A DNA stretch of 63,595 bases, filler included, from Octopus bimaculoides (Eukaryota): the NCBI RefSeq assembly GCF_001194135.2. It is 12 parts of 11 records of this genome, joined end to end, with 100 filler letters (N's around TTAATTAATTAA, not from the genome) between each part and the next. Parts side by side here need not be neighbours in the genome. Positions count along the whole stretch, not along the records: positions 47,870 to 57,682 come from NC_068984.1; positions 57,783 to 63,595 come from NC_069005.1; 10 more parts are not named here. One strand, 5' to 3'. The position numbers and the translations under genes are program-made. The number at the start of each line of letters is the position of its first letter. Position 1 is the first letter of the stretch. Shown piece after piece: positions 52,400-63,595 of the stretch. The notes under the pieces are model-generated. The model was not told the origin of the DNA and made no database searches. It worked only from the letters and a program-made list of their open reading frames with translations.

Positions 52400-52553
52400 T
52401 CATAATTTGGTTCCAATTGTTTTCCTTGAATTTATTGTCATTGGTACAGGTTGCATGGACTGGAGAGAGAGTGTGGCCAACTCTAAACCGGACTGCACAC
52501 ATGTATCTAGATCGTAACCTTCCACAATTCCGGCAATCATTGAAGCAGCAAAG
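52400..52553 (-). CDS. Last coding exon of a PfkB/ribokinase-family protein, most like the kinase end of the pseudouridine-metabolising bifunctional protein
   Basis: Strong acceptor ttttccatttctcttttcctcgttcacag| in phase 2; peptide (S)FAASMIAGIVEGYDLDTCVQSGLELATLSLQSMQPVPMTINSRKTIGTKL* fits the helices that follow the GAGD motif. The GAGD exon was not found in the window. Confidence 0.7.
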
Positions 52554-52733
52554 CTGTGAACGAGGAAAAGAGAAATGGAAAATCAAAATCAATAAAGTTT
52601 TAGATTTTATTCTTATTAATGACAGGAGCTTCTGTGTGGTTACTTAACTTGATAGAAATAACATGCATCATCCTTATATCATCCTTAGGAAAATAAGGGA
52701 TACACTAGATAATGTGATCCTACATATACTATG

Positions 52734-53120
52734 GTGGAGGTGCAATGGCCCAGTGGTTAGGGCAGCGGGCTCGCAGTCATAGGATCGTGGTTTCGATTCC
52801 CAGACCGGGCGTTGTGAGTGTTTATTGAGCGAAAACACCTAAAGCTCCACGAGGCTCCGGCAGGGGATGGTGGCGAACCCTGCTGTACTCTTTCACCACA
52901 ACTTTCTCTCACTCTTACTTCCCGTTTCTGTTGTGCCTGTAATTCAAAGGGTCAGCCTTGTCACACTGTGTCACGCTAAATATCCTTGAGAACTACGTTA
53001 AGGGTACACGTGTCTGTGGAGTGCTCAGCCACTTGCACGTTAATTTCACGAGCAGGGTGTTCTGTTGATCGGATCAACTGGAACCCTCGACGTCGTAAGC
53101 GACGGAGTGCCAACAACAAC
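52734..53120 (+). mobile_element. SINE family B1, full length
   Basis: gtggaggtgcaatggcccagtggttaggg...gacggagtgccaacaacaac. Confidence 0.9.
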
Positions 53121-53215
53121 AACATACATTATGTCTGAATAAAAGAACATGTTTAATCATATGTCAACAGGATAAGAGATGACCCAGGGCTGAGCAGCAA
53201 TACAGGTGACTATGT

Positions 53216-53438
53216 TTAACCCTTTAGCATTTAAACCAGTCAAATCCAGCCCAAATATATTACCTGTTTTATGTTCACACCAGCCAGATCCAGCCTACCA
53301 CACCTACCCTTCAATGTCATTCTAAAACTATACAACCACATCATCAAAATTTCAAAGCTACAAGATAATGTATAATTAATGTGAATGAATAACAATGAAA
53401 AACAATGTGAATGAATAATTTGAATGCTAAAGGGTTAA
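53216..53438. mobile_element. piggyBac-type MITE
   Basis: TTAA at both ends with TIR-like (c)cctttagcatt / aatgctaaaggg. Confidence 0.7.
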
Positions 53439-54062
53439 CAATCATGCAAAGAGAAACAGTCTGAAAATCATTAGTGAATGCTGTATGCATTTTTACATTT
53501 ACATTTTTATTTTGATTGCCCTTCTAATGTTGTTATAACTGAGATTGAGATTTGATCAGAAAATATTTCCCTTGTTATTCTGAGACTTGGAATAACAACC
53601 TTCAGCTAAGAAATTTTAATGAACCCAAATTTCATCTTTCTTTTATCATTTTATCTTTTACTTGTTTCAGTCATTGTACTTCGGTCATGCTGGGGCACAT
53701 ACTTGAAAGATCTAGTTGAATAAAATTGACTCCAGTACTTATTTAAAAGTACTCATTTCATTGGTCTTTTTTGCCGAACTGCTAGGTTATAGGTATGTAA
53801 ACAAACCAAACCAGTTGTCAAGCAGTGATGGGGGACAAACAACATAAATACACAAATATATAATTTAATAACAGTCTAACCCAGCTCCATGCAACTTAAA
53901 GTTTTGTAGGTCATAGAATGAACCATTTATAAGCCTATGAAAATTTAACTTGTATAGAACTGAGCCAGACTGTTATTAAATTATATATGTAACTCCTATT
54001 AAATGTACTGAGAGCTACTTTCTTTCATTTGTCCACTCATATATAAATGTATATATGTGCAA

Positions 54063-54385
54063 AGGTGCTTGGCTTAGTGGTTAGTGTATTTGGCCCATGA
54101 TCGTAAGGTCATGAGTTCGATTCTCAGCGGCATGTTATGTCCTTGAGCAAGACACTTTATTTCACATTACTCCAGTCAATTCAGCTGGCAAAAGTGAGTT
54201 GTACCTGTATTTCAAAGGGCCAGCTTTGTCACATTCTGTGCCACACTGAATCTCCCTGAGAACTACATTAAGGGTATACATGTTTGTGGAGTGCTCAGCC
54301 ACTTGAATGTTAATTACACGAGTAGGTTGTTCCATTGATCGGATTAACAACTGGAACCATCATTGTCATAACCGTCAGAGTGCCT
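54063..54385 (+). mobile_element. SINE family B2
   Basis: Colinear with 8294-8601. A further diverged minus-strand relative lies at about 55900-56115. Confidence 0.8.
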
Positions 54386-54980
54386 CTGTGCGTGTGTGTG
54401 TGTGTGTGCGCACACGTGTGTGCACATGTGCAATAATCTTCTTCAGTTTCTGTCTACCAACTTCACTCATAAGGGTCTGATTGGACTGGAGTTACAGCAG
54501 AAGATACTTATCCAAGATGCTGCACAGTGGAACTGAACCCAAGACCACATGGTTGCAAAACAAGCTTCTTAACCACACAGCCATGCTTCTGCCTATGCAG
54601 AGAAATAATCCAGTCTGTTTGTTAATTTGTAACATAAGGAGAATGACAGAGACAATAGATTATTTAGGTCAAGAAACAAGAAAGAGAAACTGGAACATCA
54701 ATTTGGCAAAGAGGGTGGAGTATGGTGGGGAGCACAGAGACAGAAACATCACCATCAATTCATTTAAACTACATCCCTTCCCCTGTAAATTGTGCCTATG
54801 TAAAACATCATTACTAAACAACAAAACAGATGACTAACTTCCATCTTGAAAATATTTATTAGCAATAACATTTATAGGTACAGGCATGGCTGTGTGCTTA
54901 AGAAGTTTGCTTCCTAACCACATGGCTTTTGGGTTCAGTCCTATGGCATGAAACCTCAAGCAAGTGTCTTCAACTATAGT

Positions 54981-55319
54981 GTTGGCACTCCGTCGCTTAC
55001 GACGTCGAGGGTTCCAGTTGATCCGATCAATGGAACAGCCTGCTCATGAAATTAACGTTTAAGTGGCTGAGCACTCCACAGACATGTGTACCCCTAATGT
55101 AGGCTGGCCCTTTGAATTACAGGTACAACAGGAAGAAAGAGTAAGAGAAAGTTGTGGTGAAAGAGTACAGCAGGGTTCACCACCATCCCCTGCCGGAGCC
55201 TCGTGGAGCTTTAGGTGTTGTCGCTCAATAAACACTCACAATGCCCGATCTGGGAATCGAAACCGCGATCCTATGACCGAGAGTCTGCTGCCCTAACCAC
55301 TGGGCCATTGTGCCTCCAC
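54981..55319 (-). mobile_element. SINE family B1 inserted into a family D SINE
   Basis: D head at 54881-54980 resumes after 55320. Imperfect TSD caactatagt / cagttatagt. Confidence 0.75.
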
Positions 55320-56247
55320 TCAGTTATAGTAGTGGGCTGACAAAAGCCTTTTGAGTGGATGAGTGGATCTGGTGAGCACAGATGCTAGTTATGTGACACT
55401 GGCATCAGCCACATTGCCTCCCTGAGGCCCAATGCTCAGTGGTACGTAAAAAGCACTTTATGAGTGTTGGGCCTCACAGAGGCAATGTGGCCAGTGTCAC
55501 GAAACTAGTAGCTGTGCCAGTGGAAGATAAAAACCAACTTTTAAGTGTTGGGCCGCACAGAGGCAATGTCAAATGACTGAGACTTTTGGCAATATGCCTT
55601 GCATGAGGAGACGACCCATCACGCCAAGCGAAATCGTAGTCGTGGCAGACACTGGTGTCATGCAATAGGCAGCCATGCCAATGACACGTAAAAGCACCTA
55701 TTACATGTTAGGAAGTGCATCCAGCTGTAGAAACCATGCCAAATCAGACTGGAGTGTGATGCAGCCCCTCAGCTTACCAGCCCTGTTCAAGCCGTCCAAC
55801 CCATGGACAATGAATGTTAAATGATGATGATGATGATTTATATTTATATAGCATATATCTATATTTCTATACTCGGTGTGTGTGTGTGTGTGTGCTTACG
55901 GCTCGAGCCATGCCAGGCTCATGAGGGCCAGTTTCCTGGTTTCATGGCATATAAATTCCCTACCTGGACAGGATGCTGGTCCATCACAGGATTACTCTTT
56001 TTTGCCAGTTGAGTGGACTGGAACAACATGAACACAACATGTTGCCTGGTCCAGGAATTGAAACCACAATCTTATGATCATGAGTCCAACATCTGAACCA
56101 TTAAGCCACGCACCTGCCTTATGTTTATTCTAAAATGAAATTAGTTTTTCTTTACATTGTAAGAAATTGTTGATTGCTACAAAAATCATGAAAATTGAAT
56201 GAAGGTAACTGTAATGTCACGAATATTTTTAGCAACATTGCATTGGT

Positions 56248-56620
56248 GCAGGCACAGCTGGGTGGTTAAGAAGCTCACTTTTCAACCATGTGGTCTGGGG
56301 TTCAGTCCCACTGCACTGCACCATGGACAAATATCTACTCCTGTAGCCCTAGGCCAGCAAATGCCTTGCGAGTGAATTTGATAAACGGAAACTCAGTGGA
56401 AACCTATCATATGTATGTGTGCATGTTTCTGTTTTTGCATTTGTCTCCCCCCCCCCTACCATCACCCCTTGGCAACAGGTGTTGGTTTGTTTACATCCCT
56501 GTAGCTCTCTAGTACCAGAGTTAAAAAATATATATATAAGCACTGTAGTCGATTTGTCTGGCTAAATCCTTCAAGGCTGTGCTCCAGCATGACCACAGCC
56601 CACTGACTGAAATGCATAGA
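56248..56620 (+). mobile_element. SINE family D, diverged
   Basis: D head, body and gctccagcatg...gactgaaa tail. Other D fragments at about 56864-57030, 60362-60600 (minus) and 63345-63560 (minus). Confidence 0.7.
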
Positions 56621-57312
56621 AGATAAAGATTACTATTATTGACATTATTTATTATTCTATCAAGTTTCACTCTTGATTCATAGAAATCAATATTTCATGG
56701 AAGATACTTCTTGACAACAGTTCTGTTAGCAACTCCAATAATAAACTATTGCTGCTTCCTTAATTTGCAAGGTTTCCTTGAAGGAGTCAGATAACTAGGG
56801 ATAAATTACTAATTCCACAATTTTAAATCAACACTTGCACTAATTAGGTATTTCGGATAATGCACAGGCATGGCTGTGTGGTTAAGAAGCTTTCTTTCCA
56901 ACCAAACGGTCTCAGTTTCAGTCCCACTGCATAGCACTTTGAGCAAGTGTCTTCTGCTATCGTTCTGAGCTGATCTGACCAAAGCCTTGTGAGGGGATTT
57001 GTTACATAAAAACTGGAAAAAAGCTTGTTGTGTGTATGTTACGTCACCAATATTGTTAAAAACAATTGAGAAAATAGTGAATTACACACTATATCATCAA
57101 TAATTAAGACAGTCTTTTGAGAATACAGTTGACTGAACCTCGTGGGTCCAGATAACATGTAAGTGATAATATTTTATAGTTTATATAATCTTTCAAACAG
57201 TTTTATATTTAGCTTTAATCATAACGAGGTTTTTATAATAGTTGTTAATTACAGGTATTCTTTTATTAGTTCTTATTTATAGAGATTTTAGTATTATCTA
57301 TCTGAAAGAAAA

Positions 57313-57468
57313 ATGACAACGCTATTCAAGAGAAGATTTGCGTTTTCAAACTCGGAACTTAGAAAACTGATAAGGAGGATACAGGAGGCGGTCGAAAAAG
57401 CCAGCTTCTATATATGGCTGAAGCGGGAAGACCGAATATGGCTTGAAAGTCATAACAAGTCTAGGTGA
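57313..57468 (+). mobile_element. Hero-like (R2-group) retrotransposon C-terminal fragment
   Basis: RKLIRRIQEAVEKASFYIWLKREDRIW resembles the E..EKAS.W.WLKR...W terminus of Hero-type ORFs. Confidence 0.5.
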
Positions 57469-57514
57469 GACAGGCTGACAGTGAAGTGGCTTCGCGCCCT
57501 CCATTGTCAGTTAA

Positions 57515-57682
57515 AGTTCAGACAGTGTCATGTGACAACTTGCTGGAGCTACTTGCTGGAGCCTGGCAGCGGAAAGTTTAGACAGTGTCATGTGACAACT
57601 TGCTGGTGCTGCCTACTGGACCCTAGCAGCGGGAAATTTAGATAGTGTCACGTGACAACTAGCTGGGGCTGCCTGCTGGAGC
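57515..57682 (+). repeat. 60-bp tandem minisatellite (~2.8 units, ends at a gap)
   Basis: gacagtgtcatgtgacaacttgctgg recurs at 60-bp spacing (57521, 57581, 57641). Confidence 0.85.
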
Positions 57683-57782
57683 NNNNNNNNNNNNNNNNNN
57701 NNNNNNNNNNNNNNNNNNNNNNNNNNTTAATTAATTAANNNNNNNNNNNNNNNNNNNNNNNNNNNNNNNNNNNNNNNNNNNN

Positions 57783-57836
<54 letters not shown>

Positions 57837-58149
57837 TTTCAAATTAATTCTTTCTTTCCTCTTATTCTTTATTCTGTTTTCATTCTTTTTTCTTCTTTAC
57901 TCTTTCTGCTTTCTTCTCTTTCCTCTTGTAGTCTTTCCTGTTATGTTTCTCCACGTTTGTCTTTCTTCCCTTCAATCTTTCCTTTATTCTTTCATCTTCT
58001 TCCGTCTTTCTTATATTTTTCCTTCTTTCATTCACTCTTTCTTCCCTTTGTTTTCTGTCCTTTGTAATTCATTCTTTACTCTCTGTAGTTCACTCTTTCT
58101 TTATTCAATTCATTTTCTTCTTCTTCCTTTGATTGGAGCGCTAAGAGCA

Positions 58150-58563
58150 CCATCTGAGCACAATCATTCCCAGAGCAGCTGTCTGGCTTCCGTACCAGTG
58201 GCACGTAAATAGCACCATTTGAGCGTGATCGTTACCACTGTCACCTTCCCGGTACTTGTGCTGGTGGCACGTGAAAAGACATTCGAGCAAGGCCGTTGCC
58301 AGTATCACTGGACTGGCTCCTGTGCAGGTGGCACATAAAATACCACCATTTCGAACGTGGCCATTGCCAGTACCACCTGAGTGGCCTTCGTGCCGGTGGC
58401 ACATAAAAACATCCACTACACTCTGAGTGGTTCGTGTTAGGAAGGGCATCCAGCTGTAGAAGAAACTCTGCCAAATTAGATTGGAGCCTGGTGTAGCCAT
58501 CTGGTTCACCGGTCCTCAGTCAAATCGTCCAACCCATGCTAGCATGGAAAGCAGACGTTAAAC

Positions 58564-58595
<32 letters not shown>
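58150..58595 (+). mobile_element. Family E element with internal ggcacgtaaaagcacc-type tandem units
   Basis: Repeated gtggcacg/ataaa...cacc units, then the same tail as 47870-48102. Confidence 0.75.
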
Positions 58596-58597
<2 letters not shown>

Positions 58598-60892
58598 CCA
58601 TTTTTGTTTTTTACCTTCTCCCAACCCACCCCTTTTTCTTCTCTCCTTCCCTACATCTTCTTTCTCCCACTCTCTCCTAAACCCTGACCTTTTATTAACC
58701 CCCTACCTCTCACTTCTCCTCCATCAGCAATCCCCACCTCACACACACACACACACACACATCCCACACCATTTCCCACAATACCTTTGCTTTTTATGTA
58801 TCCAAATATCAACCAAATACGAGCATCAATCTTGATAACTTGACAACAGACATCCAATCCAAACATGCCCTCAAACTGACACAAAACACATATAACTTAT
58901 GATGACAGCCTATATAAGAACAACATTGATTCCATGATGCAAATTTCCTATTTATGGTAATCTAAATTGAAAGCTTCCATTGAAATTTCGCTTTAATTTA
59001 CATTATTGTTGTCATTAACATTATCATTTTCATTGTTGTTTTTCTAATCATCACCATCATCACCATCATCATCATCACCATTGCAATCATCACCATTACC
59101 ATCATCATCACCACCGCCACCATCATCACCATTACCATCATCATCACCACTACCACCACTATTCACCATCACCATACCACCACCATCGTCAACATCTTCA
59201 AAGTTCCACGACAAAGTTATACACCAAAACTCTTCATTATTTTCATAATTTATGCTCAAAATACCATTTTCATTAATGACAAAGTTGTATTCCTGTAATT
59301 CTTTATTATTTTCAAAATTAACTAAAACGAAGTGTATTTTGACAGAAATTCGGTAACAAAAGCATTAGTGTAATTTATCAAAACTATTTAATTACAGTTG
59401 CACTAGCTTTAATATCAAAAACCGAGAAGTCACCAATGAAATACGACTGACAGCATATCTCCATCTCTCTCTGTTTGTCCTTCCTCCAATGGAAGATAAT
59501 CATATAATAATTGGGTTTAGTTTCCTGGTTACGAAAATACTTTTGCAACTACATGTAATAGATAATATTACACCTGTAATTAGGTTGTAATGTCTTCCTT
59601 GAACCGAAGGTGTGGAGATGTTGCACCCACAGCAAAACAGCCGGGTGTTTCTTAACGTTAACATGATGACATTTCTCACCCATGCACAACATAACCTTAT
59701 TCAACTCACACAACATTAAGATCAGTTATTCATGCATAGACAGCCTAGCTTCCAAGATCAAACACTACAACTGCATGCACAACTTTAATACAATCACTAC
59801 TCCATCAGCCAAACCCTGACAGTTGAAATCCTTCCTCCTACCTACTTAGGGGTTCTTGCTGCTTTCAATAAGTCATTCAATGATCAACCAAAACATCTTC
59901 AAAGGGCATTGAAAAAATATTATAAGGGGCAATTTGCTGTGCTTGAGAAGACACATCAAGCTAAGTGAAATTGTGGTCATGGCTAGTGCTGAGAATAGAT
60001 AAAAAGTACCTGTGCGGGTGACTTGTAAAAGACACCTGTGCCAGTGACAGGTAAAAATCACCTGTACTGATGATACATAAAATCACCCATGCTGGAGGCA
60101 CTTAAAAGACGCCTAGTACATTCCGGAGTGGTTGGCATTAGGAAAGGGGTTCAGCTGTAGAAACCAAACCAAAGCAAATCAGATGGAGCCTTGTACATAC
60201 AGCTTTCCAACTTACTGGCCCCAGTCAAACCAACTACCCCATGCGAGCGTGGAAAATGGATGCTAAAGGATGATGATGATGTCTGATGGCAAAAATTTCT
60301 TTCAAGGTTACCATCAACATCTCCACTCGTTTAGACCAAGAAAATGAGGAAAATAGTACAGATACTCTTTTACTTGTTTCAGTCATTTTGACTGTGGCCA
60401 TGGTGGAGCACCACCTTTAGTCAAGCAAATCAACCCCAGGACTTATTTTTTGTAAGCCTAGTACTTATTCTATCAGTGTCTCTTTTGCCGAACCGCTATG
60501 TTATGAGGACGTAAACACACCAGCATCGGTTGTCAAGCGATGTTGTGGGGGGGGGGGTGCAGGAACAAAGACACATAAACGTATACACTCACTCACACAC
60601 ACACACACACACATATATATTTGTATGTATTTGTGTGTATATGTGTTTGTGTATGTACGTACACGCACACACACAAACTTATAAAAATATATACATTCAC
60701 ATATTTCTTTCCTATAATTTTCCTTCTTTTATTCACTGTAAATATATATGTGTGTGTGTGTGTGTGTGTGGGTGTGTATACATGTATATATCTGTCTAGC
60801 TGCATATGAATATATGTTTGTAAGTTTTTATACAAACTCACACACACATATATACACACATACATATATATATAAATACATATGAATACACG

Positions 60893-60930
<38 letters not shown>

Positions 60931-61325
60931 CACATACACACACATACACATATATAAATGCATATGAATACACTCACACATACACACATAGATATAGTAT
61001 GTTTGTTTACAGAAGGAGGGAGTCCTGTGAATTATCAGTGGATCAACTGGAGCCAATCACTGTTTATTTAACTATGCAATTATTTTGGGTTGGCTTGGCC
61101 ATTCCTGTGTTTCTGTCATTTGCCATGGATCATTACCTTACAAAAGCTACAGAATCACTGATTTCACACACTTGGTGTTATGTTTTGGACAAACACACGT
61201 ATATAGGTACACACATGAACACATGTATGGAGACACACTATATATATGTATGTATTTATGTATGTATGTATGTATGTATGTAAATATATACAGACATTTA
61301 TCCCTCTCTCTCTCTCTCTCTCTCA

Positions 61326-61380
<55 letters not shown>

Positions 61381-61461
61381 TATATATGTATGTATATATA
61401 TATATACATATATATATACACACACACACACATATATATGTATATATATATATATATATAC

Positions 61462-61503
<42 letters not shown>

Positions 61504-63286
61504 ATATATATATATGCATCTATCTATATGTATAGACATATATATATATGTGTGTGCGTGTGTGTGTATATATGATATATAAATATTTAGTGTCTGTGTG
61601 CCTGGATGTGTGTATGTGTAAATATATTCACAAGTGATTGATTTTGTTTGATATTTTCTCTCAGTTTTTGCATTGTTCCATGGTATAGCCTTTTCCACAA
61701 CTACCACCACCCACAGCAGCATATACCATCACTGCTACCACCACCACCACCACCACCACCATTACTGTTACTACTAACATTGTCTTCACCATCACCACCT
61801 TACCATCACAACAAGAACTACAACATCCTCCACCACCACCACAGTCAGTATCCCCAGACCACTGTCACTACAATGACGAACCCCATCATGGACCGTCACC
61901 TCAACCATCAGCAGCATCACAACTACCTCCATCAACAACAATGCCTCCACCACNNNNNNNNNNNNNNNNNNNNNNNNNNNNNNNNNNNNNNNNNNNNNNN
62001 NNNNNNNNNNNNNNNNNNNNNNNNNNNNNNNNNNNNNNNNNNNNNNNNNNNNNNNNNNNNNNNNNNNNNNNNNNNNNNNNNNNNNNNNNNNNNNNNNNNN
62101 NNNNNNNNNNNNNNNNNNNNNNNNNNNNNNNNNNNNNNNNNNNNNNNNNNNNNNNNNNNNNNNNNNNNNNNNNNNNNNNNNNNNNNNNNNNNNNNNNNNN
62201 NNNNNNNNNNNNNNNNNNNNNNNNNNNNNNNNNNNNNNNNNNNNNNNNNNNNNNNNNNNNNNNNNNNNNNNNNNNNNNNNNNNNNNNNNNNNNNNNNNNN
62301 NNNNNNNNNNNNNNNNNNNNNNNNNNNNNNNNNNNNNNNNNNNNNNNNNNNNNNNNNNNNNNNNNNNNNNNNNNNNNNNNNNNNNNNNNNNNNNNNNNNN
62401 NNNNNNNNNNNNNNNNNNNNNNNNNNNNNNNNNNNNNNNNNNNNNNNNNNNNNNNNNNNNNNNNNNNNNNNNNNNNNNNNNNNNNNNNNNNNNNNNNNNN
62501 NNNNNNNNNNNNNNNNNNNNNNNNNNNNNNNNNNNNNNNNNNNNNNNNNNNNNNNNNNNNNNNNNNNNNNNNNNNNNNNNNNNNNNNNNNNNNNNNNNNN
62601 NNNNNNNNNNNNNNNNNNNNNNNNNNNNNNNNNNNNNNNNNNNNNNCACCACCACCACCACCACCACCACCACCACCATACCACCATACCATCATATAAC
62701 CATCAATGCTCTCAGATGTATAAAGGTCAGAGAAATTGTCCAATTAATTTGAAATGAGACGAAGGTGTTTCACTTTTTACGACGTTGCGCACTTCCACTG
62801 CCAAACTAAGTAATAGCTAATCACCTCACTGGAAACCTCATGCTGCTTCTGCTGCCACTACTACTACTACTACTGCTGCTACTGCTGCTGCTGCTACTTG
62901 AAACTTATTCTTCTTCCTTTTCATCTTGCCTACTTTTTTTTATGACTACTGTGTATTATCATCGTCATCATCATCATCAACATTATCGTCATCATCGTCA
63001 TCTTCATTATCGCCATCAACATTGTCTTCGTCATCATTATCATTGTTGTCATTCATGATTGCTGTCATTCATCATCGTCATCATCACCATCACCATCACC
63101 ATCATCACCATCATCATTTAACGTCCGTTGTCCATGGGTTGGCTGGTTCGAGAAGAGCTGGAAAAGCTGCAAGACTGCGCTAAGCCCTATTCTCTACTTC
63201 AGCTTGATTTCTTTGTTTTCTTCCATGGCTGGATGCCCTTTCTAATACCAACTACTTTTACAGAGAGCAATGGTATATGTATGCAT

Positions 63287-63334
<48 letters not shown>

Positions 63335-63559
63335 ATTTTTTCTTTTATTCTTTTACTTGTTTCAGTCAATTGACTGCAGCTATGCTGTGGCATTGCCTTT
63401 AGTCAACCAAATTGACCCAAGGACTGACTCCTTGTAAGCCAGGTACTTACTCTATCATTCTCTTTTGCCGAACCGCTAGGTTACAGGGATGTAAACACAC
63501 CAACATCAGTTGTCAAGCGATGGTAGAGGGACAAACACAGACACACAAATATATACATG

Positions 63560-63591
<32 letters not shown>

Positions 63592-63595
63592 CATA

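Noticed and set aside
57515-57682. CRISPR-like regular repeats
   Set aside because: Contiguous tandem units with no unique spacers, in eukaryotic DNA; a minisatellite.

Overview
Repeat-dominated, gap-rich eukaryotic genomic DNA. The microsatellite load and SINE repertoire look like an octopod cephalopod assembly (inference, not provable from the window). Most long ORFs in the track are microsatellite or N-run artefacts. The real content is five or more tRNA-headed SINE families, decayed non-LTR retrotransposons of several clades (Dong/R4 x2, CR1-like x2, RTE, CRE, Hero-like, an L1/Tx1-like ORF1), mariner/Tc1 relics and several MITEs. Two host exons are supportable, both on the minus strand: an Ig-domain exon (42936-43117) and the last coding exon of a PfkB-family kinase resembling pseudouridine kinase (52400-52553). 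The main observation is a dispersed ~270-350 bp element (six copies, five reaching the motif). It combines a Pol III tRNA-like head, an (AAT)n spacer and a minimal type I hammerhead ribozyme motif, consensus ACAC-CTGATGA-A-GGCTG-loop-CAGCC-GAAA-CG-TT-GTGT. One locus is a head-to-head palindromic dimer, two copies have 11-14 bp TSDs, and two copies are fused at their 3' end to 5'-truncated Dong/R4 fragments through AGAAC microhomology. No single copy has a fully intact ribozyme, so activity is untested inference.
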